DNA from: Eledone cirrhosa
Taxonomy: Eukaryota
Direction of reading: 5' to 3'
DNA: 64,000 nucleotides
NCBI GenBank assembly: GCA_964016885.1
Contig: OZ024745.1
Location: 19,654,001-19,718,000 of the forward strand
In this document: positions 53,394 through 64,000 of the stretch, in pieces
Position numbering within the stretch: position 1 is the first letter of the stretch
Layout: every line of letters starts with the position of its first letter
Program-made: the position numbers and the translations under genes
The notes under the pieces: generated by a model
What the model was told of the DNA's origin: nothing
Seen by the model: only the letters and a program-made list of their open reading frames with translations
Database searches by the model: none

Positions 53394-54258
53394 TATATAT
53401 AATCAAGTAATTATTGCTGGTAATACACACAAATATATATAATCAAAGCAAAAAAAAACCCCCATCAATTCAACACTAAGTGCATCAATCAGTCACACAC
53501 CACAAGGGTCAGTGGAAATGTTTGAGGCAAGCCAACACACTCCCAGCATTACCTCGGGTGACTATCAACTGTTATATGTTCAAGCTGAACATCAACATTT
53601 AGATGTCATCTGTCCCTGAGGACCTGCAAAGGTCATGATCCTTGACCCCTACTAGTGACTCAGCAATATTTTTTTAAATGTAGGATTTGAGATGACCAAT
53701 GCTATATTATGATGTCCTATTGTTGCAAGAATATAGGAAAATGGAAATAAATTTTGTCAACATATCATCTACATCATTGTGAATCATCGTCATTATCATT
53801 AATTTTTCTCCATGTTTGCATGGGTTGGATGGGTCAGCAAAGCATTTCTCCACTCGCTGTATCACATCCTCTTCGAGTTTCAGCAATTCGAGATCAGCTC
53901 TCACCACCTTCGCCAGGGTCTTTATAATAATTGTTTCTACTTTTGGCACAAGGCCAGCAATTATCTCAGTGTTTTACTGGTACTTTATTTTATCGACCCT
54001 GTAAGGATGAAAGGCAAAGTTAACCTCGGCGGGATTTGAACTCAGAACGTAAAGGGCCATAACTCTATGCTGTAAAGCAAGGTGTCTGACGCTCTACCGA
54101 TACTGCCAATTCACCGCCCTATATTTAATAATAATAAAAATTATAATTAACAAGTAAATAACCTATTGATTTATGGGCAGAATAAGTTATATTGAATCTC
54201 TTCCCCAAATTGTAACAAAGCTATATTTATAGATGGTGTCATCATCATTATCATTTAA

Positions 54259-54467
54259 CCCTTTAGCATTTAAACTGGCCATATCCGGCCAGAACTGTCT
54301 CACTTCTTTCTGTTCAAACTGGCTGTATCTGGCCACTCATACTTATGTCTCGAAATAAATAACATCAAAATCTCATAGATTCGATATTATGTGAGATAAT
54401 TATGTAAGATAAACTGTTTACCATGACAATACAATAATAAATATAGAATAATGTAAATGCTAATGGG
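54259..54467. mobile_element. piggyBac-type MITE inside a SINE tail
   Basis: Inserted at the TTAA of catcatTTAAcgtccatt. Confidence 0.85.
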
Positions 54468-55962
54468 TTAACGTCCATTTTCCATGCTTGCATGAGTTAG
54501 ATGGGTTGTTAAGAGACAAGTCAGATCCAGAGACCACATTATGCTTAATCAGATCTGTATTTTGGTTTGGTTTCTATGGCTAGATGCCGTTCCTTAATAC
54601 CAACCATATTTACAGTGTGGACTGGATGCTTTTTATCATAGCACTGAAACAAACATCTTACGGTGTTGACTGGGCGCTTTTTCTCATGTCACCATCACGA
54701 CCACCTTACAGGGTGTACTAGGTGGTTATCCTTAATGTCACTAGCTTGATCACCTTACTGGGTGGTTATCCTTCGTGTCACCAGCACGACCACCTTATAG
54801 ACTAGACCAGACACATTTTTGTTGTGTCACCAGCATGACCACCTTACAGAGTTAACTGGGAGGTGTTTGTCATGTTACCAGCAAGATCACCTTACAGGAT
54901 GGACTGGGTGCTTTTTAACCTATCACCAGCATGACCACCTTACAGGGTGAACTGGGAGGTGTTTGTCATGTTACCAGCAAGATCACCATACAGGATGGAC
55001 TGGGTGCTTTTTGTCCTGTCACCAACATGACCACCTTACAGCATGGGCTGGGTGCTTTTGTTGTCACCATCATGACCACCATACAAGGTGGATTGGGTGC
55101 TTTTTCTCCTGTCACCAGCACAACCACCTTAAACAAGTCATATATAAGCATAATGGGCTTCATAAACATGAATACACAACACTGTGAAGAGTGACTGTAT
55201 AGAGATACACCTCAACCCATCAGGACCATGGTGGGGGCAGCACCATGTGAGGGGCAGCACCATGTGGGGGGAGATCAGCACCATGTGTTCACTTAGCAAC
55301 TCCTATCACATCGGATTAGCACTAATGAATTAATGAATACATGTGTGCCTGTGTATGTCTGCACATGTGTGTGTGTGTATGTCTGCACATGTGTGTATGT
55401 CTGTACACGTGTATGTATATTAGTACATGAGTGTGTGTGTGAGAATGTATGTCTACGTGAGTGTGTGAGTGTATGTCTGCACATGTGTGTATGTCTGCAC
55501 ATGTGTGTATGTCTGTACACGTGTATGTATATTAGTACATGAGTGTGTGTGTGAGAATGTATGTCTACGTGAGTGTGTGTGTGTATGTCTGCACATGTGT
55601 GTGTGTCTGTACACGTGTATGTATATTAGTACATGAGTGTGTGTGTGAGAATGTATGTCTACGTGAGTGTGTGAGTGTATGTCTGCACATGTGTGTGTGT
55701 GTATGTCTGCACATGTGTGTATGTCTGTACACGTGTATGTATATTAGTACATGAGTGTGTGTGCGTGAGAATGTATGTCTACGTGAGTGTGTGTGTGTGT
55801 ATGTCTGCACATGTGTGTGTGTGTATGTCTGTACACGTGTATGTATATTAGTACATGAGTGTGTGTGTGTGAGAATGTATGTCTACGTGAGTGTGTGTGT
55901 GTATGTCTGCACATGTGTGTATGTCTGTACACGTGTATGTATATTAGTACATGAGTGTGTGT

Positions 55963-58537
55963 CATCATCATCATCATCATCATCACCGTTTTACGTCCGT
56001 TCTTCCACGCTAGCATGGGTTAGACGGGTTGTCCTGTTGTGGGCAGTGTCTGGTCGGCTGACCATGCCTTGCTCATACAGGAACTGATCTGGCTTGATTT
56101 CTACAGCTGGATGCCCTTCCTAACACCAACCTCATTTACAGTGAGTGCTGGGTGCTTTTTCGTGGCGCCTACACGTCCACTTTACAGTGTGGGCTGGGTG
56201 CTTTTTTGCCGTGGCACCTCCACGACCACCTTGCGGTGGGGGGGGGGGGGGGGCATATTGTTTATATGCTTCAGCATGTACCCATGGGAGGTCGGGTACC
56301 CTGTATTACTGCGTGACGCCAGAAGTCACGGTCGTGTGTCATTGACTTTGAGAGGTGTAGTTGGGTAAGGTCGGCTTTTATCACCTCATCCCAAGTCATC
56401 TTGGGTCTCCCCACTCCGCGGTTTCCATCAACTTCTAGTGCTCTGCACCTTTTTATGCAGCTGTCATCCTTCATACGCATCACATGTCCATACCAGCGTA
56501 ACCGCCTCTCCTGCACGCAGCATTTGATTCCTCTTATGCTCAGTCTCTCTCTCAATTCATTTATGCTTTGTCGTTCACGTATATTACTGTTACACATCCA
56601 TCGGAGCATGCAGGCTTCGTTTCTCTCTAATCTACGTAAGTCTTCCACCTTCAGCGCCCAGGTCTCACTACCATGCAACATCGCTGTTCGGATACACGCA
56701 TCATACAGTCTGCCTTTCATTCTGAGGGAGAAGCCTTTTGCAGCTAGCAGTGGTAGTAGTTCCCTAAACTTCTTCCATCCCGTTCTTACCCTAGTTATTG
56801 TACTTTCTGAACACCCACCTCCGTTGCTAATTCGGTCACCTAGGTAGCAGAAGCTGTCTACTGTTTCTACAGGGCCCTCCCAGAGATTGGTGGTACTTGT
56901 TTCCTGTGGCTGTTTGCTTGCTGTTTCAGCACAGCTGCTGCATGTGAATCCTACATTCTTAATTAAGCTTCCTGAGATCCCGCTACATCTCTTGTGTACC
57001 CATTGTTTGCATTTGGGGCAAAGAATGGAGTTCCTACCTACACCTTTCCTACATACTGAGCAAGGCCATTTCCCTGAGGGGATCTGGGTTCTGTTTTCTC
57101 GTCTACTTATAAGGACCTTAGTCTTTGTCATGTTGACTTTGAGGCCCTTTCTCTCTAGTCCCTGCTTCCAGGTTTGGAATTTATTCTCTAGTTCTACCAT
57201 AGATTCAGCTATGAGTGCGAGGTCATCAGCATACAGGAGTTCCCATGGGCATCCGGTCTTAAACTCCTCCGTTATTGCCTGCAGGACTATGATGAACAGG
57301 AGAGGGCTAAGAACAGAGCCCTGGTGGACCCCAACCTGTACGCTAAATTCCTCGCTATACTCATTGCCAATCCTAACTTTGCTGACTGCTCCCCTATACA
57401 TGGCTTGTACCGCTTTCACAAGCCATTCATCTACTCCTAGTTTTCTAAGAGCCCACCAGATTACTGCACGTGGAACTCTGTCAAAGGCTTTCTCAAGGTC
57501 GACAAATGCCAAGTAGAGTGGCTTACTTTTAGCTAGGTACTTTTCCTGTAATTGCCTCACAAGGAAGAGCGCATCAGTGGTGCCTTTCCCTGGTACAAAC
57601 CCAAATTGCATCTCGTCTATATTCACCCGGTCCCTAATCAGCTGTGCTATAACTCTTTCTGTTACTTTCATGACCTGGTCCATCAACTTTATACCTCTAT
57701 AGTTTCCTCTATCTAGTGCATCGCCTTTACCTTTGTAGCAGTTGACAATGATGCTACTGCACCAATCTTTTGGTATGGCCCCCTCTAGTATTACCTGGTT
57801 AACGATACGTGTGGTTATAGTGTGACCTACAGACCCAGATGCCTTCAGCATCTCGGCAGCTATACCCGATGGACCGGTTGCCTTCCCTATCTTCATATCT
57901 CTGATTGCCTTACTTACTACGCTGCCGCTGACTTGTACTGCTGGTCCCTCTATAGGGTCTACGTGGGGTAGGGTCTCTTCTTCCCATGCATTCTCCTCAT
58001 TTAGTAATCTATCATAATGACTCTTCCATGCATCTTTCTTCTCAGCACTTGTGAGGGCAAGCTCACCTTTATCATTCCGGATACACTTCTCTCCAATGAC
58101 ATCACAACTATCTCTGACACACTGCCTCGCAATCTTGAATACCTCCTGTTTCTGGTCCTCACGTTGTAAAACATGCTTGAATTTTCTATCCTCTGCTTCC
58201 CTCCTAGCTAAGTATACTTGTCGCCTAGCTTCCCTCTTGGTCTCTATGTAATGTACCCTGCTCCCCCCGTTCTTCCATTCTTTCCATGCCTGTCTCTTGG
58301 CCTTGACTGCTTCATCTACCTTATTGTTCCACCACCAAGTCACTCTCCTCCTGCTTGAGGTCTTACTCCAGCCACAAACCTCATCCGTCGCCTCTAGTAA
58401 GTTATTTTTTAGGAACACCCAGTTCTCTTCTACGTTAAATGTCTCTATCTGTTCTTCTTTACTGTCGTAGGCGTTGAGTAAAATATCTTTAAATCTGTTA
58501 CTGGTTGAGGGGACTTTCAGCTTCCAGATCTTTCTCA
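55963..58537 (-). mobile_element. 5'-truncated RTE LINE with uninterrupted RT-PHD ORF (56271-58537)
   Basis: QFGFVPGKGTTDA, FVDLEKAFD, GVHQGSVLSP, LYADD, YLG, RLRWYGHVMR; 3' UTR and (GAT)n tail; endonuclease lost; the ORF-track N-terminus is satellite. Confidence 0.95.
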
Positions 58538-58830
58538 GAATGTATGTCTGCACATGTGTGTGTGTGTATGTCTGCACGTGTGTATGTCTGTACATGTGTA
58601 TGTATATTAGTACATGAGTGTGTGTGTGAGAATGTATGTCTACGTGAGTGTGTGAGTGTATGTCTGTACACGTGTGTGTGTGTGTGTATATCTGTGTATA
58701 AGTGTATGTCTGTACATTGTGCATGTATGTCTGTGTGTATTTACATGTGTGAGTGTATTTCTGTACATGTGTGTGTATGTACATATGTGAGTGTATGTCT
58801 GTACATCTGTGTGTATGTACATGTGTGAGT

Positions 58831-59257
58831 CAGGGGCGAAGGGTCCGTGCATGCGTTATAGAATCTTGAGTTGATCAATTGCGTCGGTTGAAGCAAGCAG
58901 AAGTTTGGCTGCTTACTAAAATGTATAGACACATAAAAAGCTAACACACACACACACACAAACACATACACACAAACACATACACACAAACACATACACA
59001 CAAACACATACACACAAACACATACACACAAACACATACACATGATAGCTTTGGGGCAAGCAGAATTTTGACTGCTTACTAAATCGTAGACACATAAAAA
59101 GATAACACACACACACACTAGATAACACTACATGCGGCTTTGACCGGGAGGGTCATTTAGAAGGAATTGTGGGGGGGGGGGTAAGGCTGCACAGCCCCAC
59201 TTTCCGCCATGGCGATTGGACTGCATGCCCTGCTTTCCAGGTTACCGTTTGCCACTG
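58831..59257. mobile_element. hAT-type non-autonomous element
   Basis: CAGGGGCGAA...TTTGCCACTG with exact 8-bp flanks GTGTGAGT. Confidence 0.75.
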
Positions 59258-59742
59258 GTGTGAGTGTATATCTGTACATGCGAGTGTATGTCTGTGTGTA
59301 TGTACATGTGAGTGTATGTCTGTACATGTGTATGTGTGAGTGTATGTCTGTACATGTGTGTGTGTGTATCCATAATAATAATTGTTTCTAGTTTTGGCAC
59401 AAGGCCAGCAATTACCCAGTGCATTACTGGTACTTTATTTTATCGACCCTGTAAGGATGAAAGGCAAAATTAACCTCGGCGGGATAATATTAATATGTAC
59501 AGATTTATTTACCTTAGTTAAGTTACACCTGTTTGAAAGCAATCATTATACAACCAAAGATAATTATATATAACCGTGCATCTGTCATAAACTTTCAGGA
59601 GAGTTGGACACCAGAAGGTCTTCAGAGAAGAAACCCTCCTCTAGCGAGTGTTTCAGCCCTTAACTTTTTATACTCTAAGGGGGCCAGGCTGCATCCAGGT
59701 TATGACTCCTGGGTGCCCTTCTGCTGACATTTTCAGAAGTGA

Positions 59743-60035
59743 TCATCATCATCATCATCATCACCGTTTTACGTCCATTCTTCCATGCTAGCATGGGTTA
59801 GACGGGTTGTCCTGTTGTGGGCAGTGTCCGGTCGGCTGACTTTGTCTTGTTCATACAGGAACTGATTCTGGCTCGATTTCTACAACTGGATGCCCTTCCT
59901 AACACCAACCTCATTTACAGTGTGGGCTGGGTACTTTTTTCCCATGGCACCTCCCCGACTACTTTGCAGTGGGGGGCACATATTGTCTATATGCTTCAGC
60001 TTCGGCTTGTACCCGTGGGAAGTTGGGTCTTCTGT
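59743..60035 (-). mobile_element. RTE 3' UTR fragment
   Basis: Similar to 55963-56310. Confidence 0.85.
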
Positions 60036-60039
60036 ATTA

Positions 60040-60775
60040 AGTCAGGTCTTCTGAATTGGTTGATGTCACTTGAGTTCTGCTCTTTCAGGGTGTATAAACC
60101 CTTGGCTCTTATCCATTGGTCACTGTTCTTCAAGTTCTTCTATGCTGATCATATCATTTTATGGAGCTACACAAGGACTCTGGGACATTTCTTGTACAAC
60201 AGCTAGGGTATTCCATTTAACCCCAGTGATGATTTTGCTCTGGCTTTCTTAACCACTTTCAATACTTCACCCAGAGCTGGTGGCCTGTCTTCAAACAATT
60301 CCTCTGGTAAAGCTGGCCACACCAGACCCTGGATTTTAAGTGATGATTCACTCTACGAGTCAGAATATGTAACTCTAAGATGCTGTTCAAGAGGTGCTTT
60401 ATCTGATGTCAGTGTCCCAGATTGTGGTTGTTTAAATAGTTTCCTGACAAACTAGAAGGGGTCCCTGAAGAAGCAATCTTGTGTCTTTTTCCTTTTGCAT
60501 TTTTCTTCCTAGCTGCTTCTGCTTTGCTGAGGGCACTGCGTTTTACTTTGAGATCTCTCCAGAGTTCTTCTAACCCTTAAATCTCAAAGGTCAAGCAGCC
60601 TTCATCTGCTTCTTGAGATCCCTTCTTTTTCTTCCATCTCTCGCTGATGTCTGAATCGCCGAGGCAGTGTTTTTATTTTGGGTTCTGTTACTCCATAGAC
60701 ATCGTTGCAGATTGAGTAAACGATGTCTCCGAATTAGGCTAATTTGTGTTCCAGGGTGCTCTTTCCTAGGAGAAC
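60040..60775 (-). mobile_element. Degenerate HERO (R2-group) LINE fragment
   Basis: Minus strand FFRDPF*FVRKLFKQPQSGTL...LEQHL...EVLKVVKKARAKSS.G.NGIP..YKKCP...KEQNSSDINQFR, with stops. Confidence 0.65.
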
Positions 60776-61454
60776 ATTCAATAAAATGAAAATATAATAA
60801 AATGAAAATAAAATAAAAAAATAAATAAAATAAAAAATAAAAATAAAAATAAAATAAAATATAATATAATATAATAAAAATCAGAATAAATGAACAAAAC
60901 TAAGCGAAAGACAATAAACGTAACCATGGTAGTTGTGAATGGCTTGTGTAAAAATTACATTTGTTTCAAGAACAAGCTGCCTTGTTTATTGAAATACTAT
61001 CATGATATTAAAAACAAAGAATTTAGGAACAATATAATGTATATAATGACTAAATATTGATATAAATTAATTAGTAATAGTTTCTATATTAGAAGCTTTT
61101 GATCGGCCATTCTCTTATTCTTTTATTCTGTTCTTTGGTTAGACTATAATTCTTTTATTCTTTTATTATTTTATTTATTCCTTTTATTCACTCAGTCAGT
61201 TATTCATTTATATGTATGTATGTATGAACATATGTATATATGTTTGTATGTTTGTATATATGTATATATGTGTGTATGTATAAATGTATGTATGTGTGTA
61301 TGTATAAATGTCTGTATGTGTGTGTATGAAAGAGTTCTAGTCTTGTTGAAGCCATTTCTATATTAAATTTAATGTTTACACTACTAGTGTATTGAGTACT
61401 TTACTTACTACGGTTACCCCCGGTTGAACTCGAACTCATATATATATATATAGT

Positions 61455-61900
61455 GAAGGCGCATGGCTTAGTGGTTAGAGCATTGGGCTTGCAATCGAAA
61501 GATTGTGAGTTCAATTCTCAGACCGGGTGATGTGTTGTTTCCTTGAGCAAGACACTTTATTTCACATTGCTCCAGTTTACTCAGATGTAGAAATGAGATG
61601 ATAGGACTAGGGTCCCTATCATTCCACTGCAAAGTGGTGATATTATTTAAGTGGTCGTGGAGGAGCCACGGCAAAAAAGCACCCAGCCCACACTGTAAAG
61701 TGGATGTGTAGGCGCCATGGAAAAAAAACACCCAGCACTCACTGTAAATGAGGTTGGTGTTAGGAAGGGTATCCAGCTGTAGAAATAAAGCCAGAATCAG
61801 TTCCCGTATGAGCAAGACAAGGTCAGCCGACCGGACACTGCCCACAACAAGGCAAGTCCCACCCTTACAAGCAGGGAAAAACGGACGTAAAATTATGATA
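61455..61900 (+). mobile_element. Full-length tRNA-derived SINE with RTE tail
   Basis: A/B boxes tggcttagtgg and gagttcaattc; 3' half matches the RTE 3' UTR. Confidence 0.85.
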
Positions 61901-61920
61901 AAAAAAAATATATATATATA

Positions 61921-62286
61921 TATGTAAAAGTTCTATTTAAATTGTTGGGATACAACAAGCAAATATTTTCATAACTGATATAAAGCACTCAACAAATATT
62001 TGGAGTAAAAATACGATATTAACAAATGGAAACTATATTTATAAAACCATATTTATTTCATTATACATATTTCAAGGACACCAAGTTGGAAGCTCCCGGA
62101 TACTATCCGGGAGCTTCCAACAGTAATGGTTGCATTCTTTTAAGGGTATGTCAATATTTATTTATAAAACTGCTCTATATTATATTTTATTTGAAGAAAG
62201 CAAACCATAATTTAATTTGGTGTCCTTGAAATATGTATAATGAAATAAATATGGTTTTATAAATATAGTTTCCATTTGTTAATATC

Positions 62287-62288
<2 letters not shown>
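61921..62288. mobile_element. Penelope-like doubly inverted insert (family B)
   Basis: - arm 62012-62087, hairpin ggaagctcccgga/tccgggagcttcc, + HHR 62183-62247 with TTGAAGA core. Confidence 0.75.
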
Positions 62289-62315
<27 letters not shown>

Positions 62316-62317
<2 letters not shown>

Positions 62318-64000
62318 ATCATCATCATCATCATCATCATCAACGTTTAACGTCCGTGTTCCACGCTTGCATGGGTTTGGACGGGGGTTTTCCCACTTGA
62401 GGCAAGAGTGATTATCTTGCTCGCATAGGACTGTCTGGCGGGTTTTCTACAGCTGGATGCCCTTCCTAACACCAACCACATTTACAGTGTGGGGCTGGGA
62501 GGTTTTTACCGTGTTGCCTACACGGCCACATTACAGCGTGGACTGTGTGTTTTTTTGTCGTGACACCTACACGATCTCAATTGTTTCGGCCTGGATGTTG
62601 TGGCACCAACATAACTTTACATTGAAAGGGGCGGTGTGGATGGGGTGGGGTGGGTGGGACGGGGGTGTGTTTTGTTAGAGATGCCTACTGACTGTAGTAG
62701 GTTTTACTTTGTATTTAGGTAAGGCGGGTCTTCTCTATTACTGAGTACCGCCAAAGGTCTTGGTCCAGTGACATTGTCTTGGAGAGGTGTAAGCGTGTGA
62801 GGTCGGAATTTATCAGGTCGTCCCAGGTTTTTCTGGGTCTGCCTACTCCGTGGCTACCGTCTATCTTTATTGCCCTGCACTTTGTTATACAGCTGTCGTC
62901 TTTCATGCGCATCTCGTGACCATACCAACGTAGCCTTCTCTTGAGTAAACAACATCTGATCCCTCTTATTTCTAATTTTTTTCTTAGTTTGTTTATGCTT
63001 AGCCGTTCACGTATATTACTATTACACATCCAGCAGAGCATGCAAGCTTTGTTCCTCTCTAGTCTGCGTATATCCTCTGCACACAATGCCCAGGTCTCAC
63101 TGCCATGCAGCATTGCTGTTCGTATGCAGGCATCATATAACCTGCCTTTCATTTTTAGGGAGAACCCTTTAGCGGCTAATAGTGGTATAAGGTCTCTGAA
63201 CTTTTTCCATCCAGTTCTGACTCTAGCTACTGTACTTTCAGAGCACCCTCCCCCACTGCTGATTTTGTCACCCAGGTAACGGAAGCTGTCCACTATTTCT
63301 ATAGAACCCTCTGCGCAATTGAAAGAGCTAGTATTTTGTGGGCACTTGCTGCTACTTATTGCACCAGAGCACCGGCCACATGTAAAATCTATGTTCTTAG
63401 TTAGCTTACCTGTGATCCCACTACATCTTTTATGCACCCATACTTTGCATTTGGGACATAAAATGGAGTTTCTACCTACGCCTTTCCTACACACTGAACA
63501 TGGCCATTTCCCGGAAGGGACCGCCACCTTATTTTCTTTCCTACAAACTAGAACTTTAGTCTTAGCCAGGTTAATTTTAAGGCCTTTTGATTCTAGGCCG
63601 TGCTTCCATGTTTGGAATTTCTTCTCTAGCTCGGTCATTGATTCAGCTATGAGCGTTAGATCATCTGCATATAGGAGTTCCCATGGGTAGCCGGTCTTGA
63701 ACTCCTCTGTTATAGCCTGAAGGGCAATAATAAATAGTAGGGGGCTAAGGACGGAGCCCTGATGAACACCAACTTTTACGCTAAACTCTTCACTATATTC
63801 GTTGTTAATTCTAACCTTGCTGACTGTTTCTTTATACATGGCTTGTATAGCTCTCACAAGCCATTCGTCAACACCTAGTTTTCTAAGAGCCCACCAGATA
63901 ATGGAACGGGGGACTCTGTCGAAGGCTTTCTCCAAGTCAACAAAAGCTAAGTATAGGGGTTTACTTTTAGCTAGGTACTTCTCCTGTAGTTGTCGTACAA
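62316..64000 (-). mobile_element. RTE LINE, second subfamily, RT-PHD ORF open to window end
   Basis: EKAFD, GVHQGS, LYADD, PHD-type finger, stop at 62715, 3' UTR and (GAT)n tail. Confidence 0.95.

Larger units (their letters stand above)
55340..59370. repeat. TG-rich complex satellite split by RTE and hAT insertions
   Basis: gtatgtctgcacat/gagaatgtatgtctacgtgag units at 55340-55962, 58536-58830 and 59258-59370. Confidence 0.85.

Overview
AT-rich, repeat-dominated eukaryotic DNA. The SINE and RTE families resemble those I recall from octopod cephalopods; this is inference, not checked. Most of the window looks intronic or intergenic. It holds RTE LINEs (two with a PHD-type finger inside the RT region), fragments of HERO-, CRE- and CR1-type LINEs, tRNA-derived SINEs, mariner/Tc1/hAT/piggyBac MITEs, a Helitron 3' end and several long minisatellites. 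The >1000-aa ORFs at 31-35 kb are artefacts of a 51-bp repeat. A few small + strand exon candidates may belong to one unidentified host gene. The main signal is about 12 complete or near-complete type I hammerhead ribozyme (HHR) motifs plus several half motifs, from 6-7 sequence families. They sit in short non-coding Penelope-like/retrozyme-like inserts almost always bounded by (TA)n. Many inserts are fold-back palindromes centred on the ribozyme, one has a 287-nt tandem monomer, and most share a downstream ACTC...GAGTRCT hairpin. All folds were paired by eye and none is shown to be active.
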